Shown here: one piece after another, positions 26,750 through 39,249 of the stretch
Numbering within the stretch: the stretch's first letter is position 1
How the letters are laid out: each line of letters starts with the position of its first letter
Assembly: GCA_024137785.1 (NCBI GenBank)
Contig: JAHRHZ010000040.1
Location: 5,046,086 to 5,110,085, forward strand
Direction of reading: 5' to 3'
DNA length: 64,000 bases
Origin: Ginglymostoma cirratum
Taxonomy: Eukaryota
Made by a program: the position numbers and the translations under genes
The notes under the pieces: generated by a model
What the model was told of the DNA's origin: nothing
Seen by the model: the letters and a program-made list of their open reading frames with translations, nothing else
Database searches by the model: none

Positions 26750-27610
26750 TTGGAGACAGGTACTACTCAGTGTATATGAAGCTCAGTATTCCTTTTCTGA
26801 GTTCCAACCAGATCCACATGCAGCCAGCTCACACCCAACTGGCCTGGGTCAATGCTGTTTTGTGCATCAAGAGAAATACCCAGCACTCCACAAGGTAACT
26901 ACCATCATCTTTCTGCTACTTCCAACTTTGCCACTGTATAAACCTTCTACTAAAGCCAATGATCTACAACTCAAACCATTGAATTAAGTGTCTCGTCTCT
27001 CCAGTCTACAAATCTTCCTGCCCTCTGCACTTCCTGCTCACTTACTTGGGACACCTTACCACCTCTGCTACTTACCAGCACTGAAAGTTACTCCAGTTAA
27101 TTGCAGCACACTTAATCACTCATGAAGAAAAGATACTTGAATTAGCTGAAGAGAAAAATGATTCCTCTTGCGAAGAAACTGAGATCTCCATATCCAGGCA
27201 ACCAAGTAAGCTTCATTGTGTCGTGCTGTGCTGCTGACCTATTGCCATCACTGGGAACATATTTTTAAGCTGATTCCCTACTTTACATGAATGGCCTTAA
27301 TTCTCCTCTGTGGGCACCAGCGCCACTCACACAGTTGCTGCCCTGGAGAGACTAGACCCCTGACTCCTCTTCCATCTCTGAGGGAGAAGCGGATGATGCA
27401 TAGGCAAGATTTTCTCTTGCACCCTTTACCAGTTCCAAAACTTTCACCTCAATCGACTCTCTTTCTAGGATAGATTTGAGAGCACATTTTGGTAAGCACA
27501 TCACTGTCATATCACCACAACTGGTCAAGCAAGAGATGGCCAGGTTGCTGACATGCAGAGGGCTGCCAGATTCCAGATACCTGGCAAATCCCAGGCAGGA
27601 GAGTTCATGG
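26750..27610 (+). mobile_element. PIF/Harbinger Myb/SANT-like gene remnant (second copy)
   Basis: LAWVNAVLCIKRNTQH followed by a GT donor (~26894); intron-like tract homologous to reverse complement of 12720-12830 and 32790-32910; HEEKILELAEEKNDSSCEETEI. Confidence 0.45.
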
Positions 27611-27616
27611 TGCTAA

Positions 27617-28068
27617 CCATAGAGTCAGAGAATCATAGAATCATGCAACACAGAAACAGACCCTTTAGTCTAACTCATCCATGCTAACCAGACATCCCAA
27701 TGTGACCCAATCCCATTTGTTAGCATTTGGCCCTTATCCCTCTAAATCCCTCCTATTCATGTACCTATCCAGATGGCTTTTAAACGTTGTAATTGTACTA
27801 CTTCCTCTGGCAGCTTATTCTATACATGCAACACTCTCTGCATGAAAAAGCTACCCCTCAGGTCCTTTTGAAATCTTTCCCCTCTCACCTTAAATGCTCT
27901 CATTTTTGGACTCCCCTACTCTAGGAGAAAGAACTTGGCTATTCACCCTATCCATGTTCCTTATGGTTTTATAAACCTCTATAAAGTCACCCTTCAGCTC
28001 CAGGGGGATAGCCCCAGCCTATTCAACATGTCCCTCTAGCTCAAAGCGTCCAATCCTGACAACATCCT
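27617..28068 (-). mobile_element. CR1/HER1 3' fragment
   Basis: Reverse complement: LKGDFIEVYKTIRNMDRVNS...ctgtttctgtgttgcatgattctatgattct tail. Confidence 0.85.
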
Positions 28069-28479
28069 CTGAGCTCTGGGCCTGTCCATGCAATTCTTCC
28101 CACATTTTTACTCACCTGCACCTTGGAAGTCTTCTGAGGCCCTGTCCTGCTTCTGGAGTCTTCCCTTCTCGACTGTGTCCCTTGGACTTTGTTTTAACTT
28201 CAGCTCCAAAGACAGTAGCATTGGTTTCAAATTAACATTACATGCAGATTGACACCATGATCTCCCTCTTCTGCATGTTCCTGATATATGCTCATAATGT
28301 CTGAGCTAAAACCCTCACCAAGATGGCATTGATCATTGATCGTGATAGAACTGAGCATGAGCATCACAGGCACCATTATCAAACTAAAGTGTTACATGTT
28401 GCTCTAAAAGCAAGATACTGAGAAGTTGAATTTTGCAGGTCTTCTCTTTAAATGAAATAAGATATTGGTGCATGGTTAT

Positions 28480-30760
28480 TCAGAGAACTTAGCCTATAGG
28501 ACACCTAAATGGACATGTAAAACACAGTGTGTCAGCAGCTTTTAAAAAAAAAGTGGAGTTCACCGTAAAAGAGGAAATGTGGTCTAAAGGTTCAATATTG
28601 TAGATACTTGTGGGCAACATTGTTAAGATGATAATGAAAAGATAGGAATCTTGCTGTGGGATATTTCACCACAGGTTTGTGACACTGTTTGTCCCTGTAG
28701 GGCAACATTCATTAAAATTATTGGTAGAAGATATGAAAGAAGATCAAACCATCTAATTGTGGATTGCAATGCAAATGAGGTAGGGATTTTTGAAGAAAAC
28801 ATGTTTGAAGAAAAGAAGTGGAGAAAAGTTTCCTTAGTTTTGCACAAATTAATTGAGCCACCATTAGCATGACATGTATGCAGGTTGAGCACTTTATCAT
28901 ATTCAAAGAGATTCTACTTAAAGCTTTCCAATGAACTATTGCATTTTTCACAGCCTGTTCCATTCTGCCAAAGCTAGACTGATAATTTTCTTGTAAGTGA
29001 CAATTGTGGAAGTTAAGCAAGACTCCAGACCTGTTCCCCCGAATGTTAATGTTTTTCTCAGTGAGGTAAGCAACTGTACAGGCGTAGGATACAGATATAT
29101 TGTTTAAAAATATGACCAGCAGCACAATGAAGATGTCTTGGCTAGTTCCTGGATAGCATAATTCATGAACAAGTCTTATCATTCTTTTCTGTGGTAGATA
29201 TTATCTCGACATTAACTATATGAACACTTTTCTTTGTTCAACTACGAAGTTGCTATGATAATCCTGGATAGACTGAAGAAAGCCTTGACACAACTCTGAA
29301 ATAAGGAGAGCTAGTGGGGTATGATAATGTCATTGGCTGAGTAGTCCAGAACTCCAAGGTTAAGCATCTTGGGGCATGGGTTCAAATCCCACATAGCAGA
29401 TGGTGACATTTGCATGTAAAATTGAAGAAAAAAATAACTATTGTTACATTTGGAGCATTAAAAACACCTTATGAAAACTTCAATTATTTTATGAATACAA
29501 TTGCTCATTGTGATTTGAGCAATGACAGGACAATCTCAGGCTAGAGCTGGGAAGGTGGTTACAGAAAAATGACAATCAAGACATACATATGGCAGTATAA
29601 TTAATTAAAAATATGCAAAAACAGAGCCATGTGTTTCTGTGCAGACCTGCCTTTTGATTATGGAGCTTCCGTAATTCGGCTTTTCAAAATAAGCATAACA
29701 AGTCATCTGTCAAGTTTTCCATCTGTAACTATATTTCAAAGTTAAGCTTGAGTTACTCTTTGAAAAGATCAACTGCTCCAACTATTCCAGTTAGAGTTAA
29801 GTAGGCAAGAGCTCAACATCAAGTTGTTGTGCATCAAGATGATGAGTAACAACAGATAGATGATACCTAATTCCTGATAAATATTGAATGCATTACTAAT
29901 AATCTCTGGATGTCCAAACTGTTTGGATCTGTTGATACAAGTGGCCTTGGTGGAAGGTTGTAGCTGGTGGAAAATCAGCCATAACCATACTTTTTGCTCA
30001 TCATCCAATTTCTGTCCAAAAAATAAAAAATACCTAGAAAAATCCCGATTTCCCGGTGTATTCATTCAGTTATTGATAATCTTAATGCAATTCTGTCTTG
30101 TTTCTTTTTACAGTGATCTACAACAATCATCAACTGCTGAAAGTTACGTACAAAATTTGATCAGTTTAAAATAAGAAGGTAAGAGTGAAATGAATGGAAA
30201 TGGAGTCTGTTTCATAGTGAAATGGATTGAAAACATTAGAAGATCAGATTGAAAACCAAAATAATACAGAAAATACTATGCACGCTGGTCATCATTTTGG
30301 AGTGATGAGGAAGCTCTGTGTTAGCTCAAGCACCCTTCATTCAGATGCTGTTGTTTCCCAAAATGGAAATAATGAAGGATATCAACCAATTCAAATGAGA
30401 CAGGATTGAGAGAATGAGTCCATCATCCAAATATTATCCCAATGGATCAGTGCAAAAAAAATGCTAAGACAATTTGGCAAAAAAAAAGTTCTTTGGTAAC
30501 TGGATAGTCACAAAATTGAAGGAAAATCAATCGAATTTCAATACTACAAAACATTTTTGTTTTAGAAATGGGCCAGTGGAAAATTCTCCCAGTAAAATTA
30601 GCCTTAATAAAACATTACATATCAGGAGTTTATGACAATTCTGATCATCAAGAAGTTCTCCAAATAATTTCAAGGTAAATTTATAATTTAACAGCACAGT
30701 TAAAGAACACTCCAACTGTTCTCGTGGAAGAGGAGAACTCACAGGGAGTCAAGAATCGTT
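28480..30760 (-). mobile_element. Heavily eroded DIRS-like retrotransposon (ORF1 C-term, RT, RNase H)
   Basis: Collinear minus-strand motif ghosts: LLNYKFTLKLFGELLDD (~30690), DRNWMMSKKYGY (~30010), IFLNNISV-x20-SGVLLN (YLDD...GFxIN spacing, ~29110-29010), TVSQTCG...NIEPL (~28690-28590). Confidence 0.4.
29305..29415 (+). mobile_element. 5' head of tRNA-headed SINE/LINE-B
   Basis: B box ggttcaaatcc 29379-29389 followed by cacatagcagatggtga. Confidence 0.65.
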
Positions 30761-30949
30761 CAACAGATGAATGGATAAGCAAGGAGGTGGATCGATGGAG
30801 CAAGGCGTGAGCTATCAATTCATTTGATGCAGAACGAGGCTATTCAACTGATTGTAAGATTTGGAGCAAAAGTAGGCCATTTGGCAATTTAAGCCTGCTG
30901 CACACCCATGACCTTTTTAGAAGATTCAACGAATTGCTATGAATCCATC

Positions 30950-31790
30950 CACCTTATCCACTCGTACTGAAGCTGTCAGGATTTATGTTGGAGCTCAGAT
31001 GCTCCTTTGAATGAAAATTTTCAATTTGCACTTTCAAACCAGACCCGCACATCAATTGAAACGCAAAGGTATGACCAACGTACCATTCACCTATTTATTG
31101 GCTCTCCAAACAACAAGAATATAGTCTATGCTGAATTACTTCTTTCTGCTAAATTAAGTCCTTGATAAAATTCCTTCGGAACTTACATTTTCTTGAAATC
31201 ACAGCAAAGCTTTTAGTTTTTCCTCCCAGGAATTCACTTTGATCCTGGGAATAAACGAGGAGTGGGAGATTGAACTAGTATATAATTGCTTTCTCAGCGA
31301 CTAATAATGCTGCATAGCAAATTTGGGGTTTGAATGAAAAGAAAATCAGCAGTTGGCCCTTGACAATTACATCCAAATATTCCTTTGAGGATACAGAAAT
31401 CCTACAGGCTTGGGGGCATGAGTGATGGCCAGAAGACAGTTAAATCCTGTCAGCGCTTTCACAGAGAACTGTGAGTAATCCTCAAGGGGGGAAGAAATGT
31501 ACATTTTTGATGAGAATGTCCTTAGGGTACTGCAAATATTTAAATATTTAGCTAATAGCGAGAGACCCAATAACACAAGTACAAACTTTCATTTATAATG
31601 TTCCCCCTACCCCACACCAGAATTCATAGACAATTTTCTCAAGACGGGTCTGATTGTCTACACATAACTTAATTCAACTAGAGCGGTGAGATTGTCAAGG
31701 TTGTAAGAGTATTCTATGTTGATTTCCATGGTATCTCCGGCTTATTAGCCGACAAGAGATAAACAGAAATTGTTTCTAACATAACATTAG
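30950..31790 (-). mobile_element. Possible DIRS-like RNase H / methylase / tyrosine-recombinase remnant
   Basis: LDNLTALVELSYV.TIRPVLRKLS (DNxTAVAY...LxxLS-like), SHSSFIPRIK, IFLLFGEP; very degenerate. Confidence 0.25.
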
Positions 31791-32439
31791 GAGGGGAGAA
31801 TTACAAAAACATGTCCTCTCCCTTGCCACCCACTCTGCTAGTCTCCTTGTTAGTGCAAATATGGACAGCTGGGCCAGGCTGTTCCAGTCCATGCAGTGAC
31901 ATTGCAAACTGTAGGCGAGCCCTCAAGGCCCACAGCTGTTCGAGGTCTCCCAACACAACCATCTGAAGTGTTCTCCGAGCTTCCATTGAGAACAAAGTGT
32001 TCTCCCGCTGGCAACAGCCTCAGAGAAGAAACACATCATAAGAACACAAGGATAGAACAGTACGTAAGATGAAATTTCAAGGCTTGCACAAAGGGGAGTC
32101 ATAAACATTTCTGTTAATTGAAAGATACAGATGGAATTGAATTGTTTGATAAATTAGTTTGAGTCCTGAATTTGAGGTCAATGTTTATATTTAGGTTGAA
32201 GTGAGGGCAAAACCCCTAAGGCTGGATAGAAGCTAAGTAATTGAAAGGTTGTAGTAAGGATGGTAGTGGTAAGGCTGTCAGTGAGCCAGGGACAGGAGGG
32301 TCAGTTAGACAAAAGTCTCTTTGGTGAGCTGCACTCTGAGCATTCTGGCAGCTAAGGGCACCAATGGTTGCATTGCCTGTTCTATTTTCTCTTTATGCTC
32401 CTGTCCCTTCTCCTGCAATTCTTTCTAACCCAGTGTTGA

Positions 32440-32950
32440 GAAAGACTAGTCCCTCAATGATGGCAAAGACATAGTGTATTCAGAAAACCATCAAAAATCT
32501 GGATAACCACTGAGAGCTTCTCAAGAATGGTCCTAACAGCAGGTGCATTGTTTTAGCACCTCAGTTATTTTCCAGATTATGTTTATTGTGGAGAATGAGA
32601 TTGGCTCTGTGGGTCTGTCCAGGTTCCTCACAGGTGTCATGAGTAATGTCTGCCGACAATCTGTGTCCTGATGGCCCAGTAGAAATAAAGGTGGACTGCA
32701 GGATTGTAAAGATATGCTTGTTTCCAGGGCAGCGGCACAAATCTGATGCAGTGTCTATGGCTTTAGGCAAACTGTCTGTTGAGGACTGAAGGTTAGTGGA
32801 GAAGATGTCGCAGGCAATACTGAAAGTGGTAGAGCATGAGCCTTGATAGGAGGTGGGTACAGTGGCAGAGATAGAGTGAGTACAAGGTATCAGAGAAAAA
32901 GATGGTTGCCTCTATTCTGGTGGAATGGAAAAGACACATGACCATTCACG
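32440..32950 (-). mobile_element. PIF/Harbinger DDE transposase remnant plus fragment of the Myb-gene region
   Basis: Minus strand CRCPGNKHIFTILQS (PGSxHDxxIL), LLGHQ...LLMTPVRNL (LLGD.GY...LMTP.RNP), VLKQCTCC*DHS*EAL (LKQRFRCLDRSGGAL). Confidence 0.65.
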
Positions 32951-33019
32951 ATACCAGGTAGAAAGTTAACATGAATCCAAACTTAGGTAAAATGTGACCT
33001 GGAGCAGCATGTCATGCAA

Positions 33020-33710
33020 TCATAAATGGTTACAGCGAAAGAAACCATTTGGCTTGTCGTGTCTGTGCCGGCTCAATGTAACTCATTTTATTCCACTGTC
33101 CCACCTTTTCTTGTGGCCTTGTCAGTTATTTCTGTTCACATAAATATTCAATACCTATTAGAAATTCTTGAATGAATCTACTTCATCCATATTCTGAGCA
33201 ACGCATTCAAAAACCTAACTAGCTGCTACACCAAAACATTTTTCTCACTTTTTTTTAACTTTTGATCAGTTATAAAGAGCCAACTTGGTCATTTGGTATT
33301 GAATCAGTGAGAGACCAAGAAGGCCTAAAACAACATGAGAAGGTGGTGAAACTTTAATTTGGGAGACATAAAATGTCTGAAGTGTGCAAAGAGTGTAAGT
33401 TGTAATGAAAAATGATAAAGGCAAGAAATCATTTGTGCAAGTTATGTACAGGCTCCCTACAGTAACTACACAGTAGGGCTGGGCAAAACAGAATAAATAA
33501 TGAGAGCTTATCAGAAAGGGATTGCAATAATTATGGGAATTCTTAATCTGCATATAGACTGGAAAATTCAGATAGGTAAAGGCTTTGTAGAATATTTTCA
33601 TAGAATATAGCTCCTTACAACAGCATGTTCTGGATCTGATCACAGATGAGGCTAAACAGAGAATTGTACAATAAGAAAGCATTAATTAATTGTCTCAGAG
33701 TGTGAGCATA
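33020..33710. mobile_element. CR1 fragments: 3' tail on minus (33020-33260), endonuclease piece on plus (33380-33710)
   Basis: GIAIIMGILNLHIDWKIQIG (cf. IMGDFNLHIDW); ccatttggcttgtcgtgtctgtgccggctc tail in reverse. Confidence 0.55.
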
Positions 33711-33719
33711 CCAAGACTA

Positions 33720-34437
33720 GGTGGCTGTTTCACCTCTGTAACATTCCTCATCTCCATCCTACCTCAGCTCACCATTCTTCATCCATCCATGCCTTTGTTA
33801 GCTTTATACTTGACCATTCCAGCAGCCTCCTGACTGGTCTCCTACCCTGACAATTCCAGTGGTCTCCTTGCTGGTCTCCCACCCTGGCTATTTCAGTGGT
33901 GTCCCCACTGGTCTGCCACTCTGGCTATTCCAGTGGTCTCCTTGCTGGTCTCCCACCTTGCATGGTCTGTAATCTTTAGTTTCTGTAAAATTCAGCTCCT
34001 GCATCCTAACTGACATCAATTTCTGTTCACCATCCTATTTGACTATAGCTGTTTCTTTTCTGACAAGCTTGTAAAATTGACCATCCTCCATTTCAAGTTA
34101 TTCTGTGGCCACTCCTTTTGCTATCTGTGTGAATTCCTCAAGCCTTATCACTCCTTAAGATTTCAATGGCATCCTAATTCTGAAATCTTGCAGTTCCCCA
34201 ATTTTTATTGCCTTAACATTATGCCTAGACTTAAATTTTGGAGTTTTCTCTTGAAATATTTCTATCTTGCGCTCTCTTTCTTTCTCATTTCTTAAAATGC
34301 ATCTTAAACTCTATCTTCTTGACAGTGTTTTTGTTCAACTGTCATTGTATCTCATTATGTGTCAAATCTGGTTCCTGTGATGCATTTTGGGCCGTATTTC
34401 TATGTTAAATAGGCTTTATAAATGCAAATTGTTGTTG
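33720..34437 (+). mobile_element. L2 LINE 3' fragment
   Basis: IHAFVSFILDHSSSLLTGL (cf. IHAFVTSRLDYCNxLLxGLP); 3' end tgtgatgcattttggg...tatgttaaataggctttataaatgcaaattgttgttg. Confidence 0.72.
33808..33954 (+). repeat. Minisatellite, 4 x ~37 bp
   Basis: Units start at 33808, 33844, 33881, 33918; consensus accctggctattccagtggtctccttgctggtctccc. Confidence 0.9.
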
Positions 34438-35447
34438 CTTCATATCAATGAATTATGAATATTCACAATACATTTGCATTATGATGCAATGATAATAAAG
34501 TGTCTATGAATTTAATGTTAGTTGAGACATGTGAGAGACAACTAATAATAACATGCCAATGCATTGAGAAGTCTTCAGTGCAACTTCACAGGAACAACTT
34601 TTACATCTACACATGATACAATACACTTCCAGTGTTGATGGGAAAACATTGGCAGACTCGATCGACCAACAAAATGGAATCTACTTCAAGTGACAGGGTT
34701 CATGTCAGCAGACTGGTGAGTGGTAAGAGAACCTCACTAACAGTTTCAGACAAGTCCTGCTGAACTCTAAGTTATCAGGTAATGGGAAGGTAACCAGTAG
34801 GCTTTCCTTGGAGTCAGATCTCTCCTAATGACAGCTGCCGGCCCCATCAGTGGCCAGCAACTCTTGTGCTCAGCAACACCGTAGTGGAGGCTGTGGCATA
34901 TTCTGAAAGGGCACCTCCAGGGATGGACAATCATAGATGACTCAGGACAAGGCCAAATATTGGAAGGTGATTGTCAGTTTGGAGGTCATGGGGAGTGAGC
35001 AGTAGAAGGATTAGAAACCAGTGCTGGTTCCCAGCAAGCAACTGTTTGTCCATTATCCAATTCCTTGATTAGCATTGATTGCCTTTGATCAGGGATCTTC
35101 CTTTCTCAACTTGTGGTGACAAGCTGCAGCAATGTAGAAACTACCTTGCATGCTGCTGGGTTAATCACAGTGAGCTAAGGACTTAAGTGGTCTTTAATAG
35201 GTCACTCAAGGTCCACAATTGGGAGTGAGATGGGCTGTTGATCATGGACTTACCCACCTTTAATTTAATTCAGGTGGAGCCAGGATGGCAGCTGGGATTG
35301 GTACGCTACCAGCTTATTTACATAAATGTCTTTTTTGCTTCTGAACATTCAACCAGAGAAAACAGAAGATTGTTCCCATCACATCTGGAACATATTCTAA
35401 AATGTGAAAAAAATGAAATACTTGCATTTTTATATTACTTTTCACAA

Positions 35448-35662
35448 TCTGTTGCCATAGTCCTCTTGGACCATTGGACTTCTCTCTCATTAAACACAAA
35501 TAACTGGTGGTGATTTAACCAAACGGTCAATACACCTCAGGCAAGAGGAGATGTTGAGAAGGATAGTTCTTTAAATTGGCCTCAGCCAGTGGGACAATTG
35601 AACTCCTACTGTTGACATCAGTCTATATTGCAGACCAGCTGTCCAGCTAGCCGATCTCAACC
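35448..35662 (-). mobile_element. tRNA-derived SINE (third family)
   Basis: Reverse complement ...ctagctggacagctggtctgca...gagttcaattgtcc...ggctgagg...ccttctcaac...gcctgaggtg; homologous to 41930-42143. Confidence 0.72.
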
Positions 35663-35844
35663 TAAATGTAAATACGTATGATGGCAACCGAAACATTTCA
35701 CGCTGACATGGGAACACGCAGAACTAGTTAGACACTGGAAATGAAAACTCATTAGCTCCTCCTGGGAACAGTCCTTTATATCCTGATGGGTGGAGCTTAT
35801 TGCTTGATATCCGTTAACCCTGTTAGTACTGACTGATTTATGCA

Positions 35845-36180
35845 ATACTCAGGACTTCCCAAAGCAACTTACAGCCAATTACTACTTTGAAGTGTGATGA
35901 TGTTGTTATGTAGGAAACACAACGTCCAGTTTCTGTTCCACAAACACCCCCCAAGCAGAAATGTAATTATGACAATCTGCTGTTGTAATGTCAATTAAGG
36001 GATTAATTTAGCAAGGGCATTGAAATAACACCACATCCCCGACCCCCATCTGTCTCATTCTTCTTCAGAATAGTGTCAAGGGATTCTTTCCAAACACTTG
36101 AAAAGGGAAACATGCTTTTGTGCTCATCCAAAAGATTGGCATCCCTGACACTGCTGCACTCCCTCAATGGGGAACTGAAA
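35845..36180 (-). mobile_element. Deu-domain SINE (SacSINE1/AmnSINE1-like)
   Basis: Reverse complement tgagggagtgcagcagtgtcagggatgccaatcttttggatgag...gacactattctgaagaaga...tttcctacataacaaca...cttcaaagtagtaattggctgtaagttgctttggga. Confidence 0.75.
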
Positions 36181-36620
36181 GGCAATTGCCAAATTAATTG
36201 AAATTTTAGAACTAAATTAAAGTCAGGAACTGCTGTAAGTGTTCAGTATGTTTGATAGAATGCTTAACGATGAATTGGAATCCATCTTCTAGCTTTAATT
36301 CCTGATTTTGTTTTCTTTCTTTCTGGCACCCCCAACTAATAAAGTATCCTTCAAAAATGAAGAGAGTTTTGAACAAGTTAGTATTCCTTCTGCTGAAATT
36401 CAAATGATAATAAAATGTGGGGCTTTCCAGCATGAATCTGTTGCATCAGCAATAGCTGTGATATTCAACCTGGTTCGTGCAGGTTTAGATGCTCACAGGT
36501 CCCTTAGCCAGGACCCTCTTGTTGCCTGAAATTCCGTTGAAGTAGATTGTCCTAGAAGATGCCAACTTGTTTCAGTATGAAGCTGGACCCTTTCAGATCT
36601 TCCAACACCATGCTGCAGCT

Positions 36621-36825
36621 GAGTACTGGGAAAATCTCAACAGATCTGGTAGCATCTGAGGAGAAAGAAAGGAGTTAAGGCTTCAGGTCTGATATGACTC
36701 ATCTTTGGAATGTCCTACTTAAATCAAAATATTAGTTCTACTTCTTTCTGTTCCCATGTCTACTGAATGTTTCTAGCACTTTCTGTCGTTATTTTAGATT
36801 TCCAACATTCGCAGTATTTTGTTTA
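36621..36825. mobile_element. Old Penelope terminal-repeat cassette, two partial copies in inverted orientation
   Basis: ctgggaaaatctcaacagatctggtagcatctg (minus copy) and tttctagcactttctgtcgttattttagatttccaacattcgcagtatttt (plus copy). Confidence 0.55.
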
Positions 36826-36989
36826 ACTGCAGCACTGTGGTTATATTTTGTGAACATTCTGGAGTACGAAAGAACATTTATGACAGGCACTAATTACTGG
36901 CACCAGTGTATTAATTTGTGTCAGCCAGTAAAAATATCATCATTTTTGAAATTGTTGAGCGTAAACAATATTTCTGCAGTAATTGATTA

Positions 36990-38050
36990 AAATGTGGAGC
37001 TGGAGGAGCATAGGTCAGACGGCATCTGAGGAGCAGGAAGGTTGCGTTTTAGGTCAGGACTATTTTTCAGGACTGGGGAGGGGCAAGATGCTCAGAAATA
37101 AATAGAGGGAAGTGGATGGGGCTGGGAGAAGGTAGGTGGAGTGGTGATAGGTGGATGCAGGTAGGGCGTTGTAGAGATTGGTCAGTGGGAAGAGTGGGGC
37201 AGATAGGTGAGAAGGGAGATGGACAGGTTGTATCAAGTCAAGGTGGCGGGAATGAGAGGGCGGATTGGACATGGGATGTGGCTGGGCGGGTTGGGAGATT
37301 TTGAAGCTGTTGAACTCTGTGTTGAGGCTATTGTGTTGGAAGATCCTGAGGTGGAATATAAGGTGTTTTTCCTCCAGTTTACATGTGGTGTCATTGTGAC
37401 AGTGGAGGAGGCCCAGGATGGACATGTCATCAAGGGAGTGGGAGGGTAATTGAAGTAGCTGGCAACCAGAAGGTGGCGTTGATTGGTGCATACAGAGTGC
37501 AGATGCTCTGTGAATCGATCACTGAGTCTGCACTTGGTCTCTCTGACATAGAGGAGCCCATATCAGGAGCAATGGATGCAGTAGATCAGGTTAGAAGAGG
37601 TACAGGTGAATCTCTGCTGGATTTCAAATGATTGTTTGGGGCCTTGGATGGAGATGAGTAGGGAGGTATAGGGGCAGTTGTAGCCTTTATGCAATTGCAG
37701 GGAAAGGTGCCGGCTGCGGTAGAAGGGTTGGTGGGGAGTGTGGAGTGGATGAGGGAGTTGTGGAGTGAGTGGTCCCTACAGAAAGCAGATAGGGATGGAG
37801 AATGAAATATCTTTTTGGTGGTGGTGTCTGATTGCAGGTGGCGAAAATGGTGGAGGATGATTCATTAGATTTGGATATCAGTGAGGTAGTAAATGAAGAC
37901 CAGGGAGGCTCTATCCTTATTGTTGCTGGGGATAGAGGGTTTGAAGGCAGAAGTGCGGGAAATGCAGGAGATGCGGTTGAGGGCATTACGGATCAAGGAG
38001 AGGGGAAATTATGGTCCTTGAAGTAGGAAAACATTTGAGATATCTGGGAG
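36990..38050 (-). mobile_element. Penelope-like element 3' fragment (linker, GIY-YIG, terminal repeat; family A)
   Basis: Minus strand SILGLLHCHNDTTCKLEEKHLIFHL...LNTEFNSF (GIY-YIG C-terminus); terminal repeat matches family A cassettes. Confidence 0.85.
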
Positions 38051-38231
38051 AGTAAAGTTATTTACTCTGAACACAGGCACCTCAAATAAAGAGGGTAATG
38101 TTGAATGTCATTGTTAAAAACCAGTAATGCAAAATATATTGTTGTGCATTTATAGTTACCATTTCTGTGCAGAAAAGTGGCCATGATAAATTATAGTGAG
38201 GTTAGGAACATGGATAATTATCAGCATTTAA

Positions 38232-38875
38232 AAGACCATAAGATGGGAAAGCTGAATTAAGCCATTCTGTCCATTGAACCTGCTCTGCCATTCAGTGAGA
38301 TCAGGGCTGATCTGATAATCTTCAAATCCACTTTCCTGTCTTTTCCATATAACCCTTAATTTCGTTACTGATTAAAAACCTGTCTATCTCAGCCTTGAAC
38401 ATACTCAACAATCCAACCTTTTCAGCCCTTTGTGGTGAAGAATTCTACAGATTCACAACTATTTGACAGGAGAAATTCCTCCTCATCTGTTTTGCAACTA
38501 AGAGATTCCTTATTCTGAGATTATGCCTTCTGCTCCTAGACTCTCCCGCAAGGGAAATCAACCTCTCTGCATCCACCCTGTCAAGTCCCCTAAAATGGTT
38601 CTGAAGAAGGGTCACTGGACCCGAGACTTTAACTCTGTTTTCTCCTTCACAGATGCTGCCAGACTTGCTGAGCTTTTCCAGCAACTTTGTTTTTGCCCCT
38701 AAAATCTACTATGTTTCAATAAGGTCACTTCTCATTCTTTGAGAATAGTTACAGGCCCATTTCACTCCTCCACTCGACCTAAGACAGTTCCTGATAGCTG
38801 GTATCAGAATAATGAACTTTCTCTGGACTGCCTCCAATGTCATTATATCTTTCCTTAGATAAAGGGCCCAAATAC
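38232..38875 (-). mobile_element. CR1 LINE 3' fragment
   Basis: WALYLRKDIMTLEAVQRKF; RGLDRVDAERLISLAGESRSRRHNLRIR...RRNFSCQIVVNL. Confidence 0.88.
38597..38695 (+). mobile_element. Solo Penelope terminal-repeat cassette (family B) with exact 10-bp TSD
   Basis: cccctaaaat at 38587-38596 and 38696-38705; ctgaagaagggtcactggacccgagac hammerhead remnant. Confidence 0.88.
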
Positions 38876-39249
38876 TGCTGTCCAGAAACAAGCATTCTTG
38901 GGTGACTACTAGGCCTGCTATCTCTGTAGCTACTTTTACTAATAAACTCGGCTACTTTTGCTCAACCTAGTCTTGAAAACTTGCTTACACTTATCTTTCA
39001 AAATTAGGGAGTGCTTGAACAGATGCCCTGTTTGGAAACACGTACTCTGGGAGCAGAGCGCATCGCCCATTTATCAGCATCTTCCATTACTTCCATTTCA
39101 ATCAAGACAAGAAAAGGACTATTCTCTAAGAGGATATAGTGACTGTTAGTAATGAAGACATAGGCATAAAAAGAGAAACTAACATAAAAGTTGAAAACAA
39201 CCATCTTCTGTTATCTGAGTTATCAGGTTTCACATTCACAGATTTGAGG

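Noticed and set aside
30114-30178. Exon-like segment (ttttacag...aag/gtaaga)
   Set aside because: Stop codons in all three frames and it lies within a probable TE fossil; a non-coding exon cannot be excluded
33808-33954. CRISPR-like 37-bp repeats
   Set aside because: No spacers, eukaryotic context, units derive from L2 coding sequence
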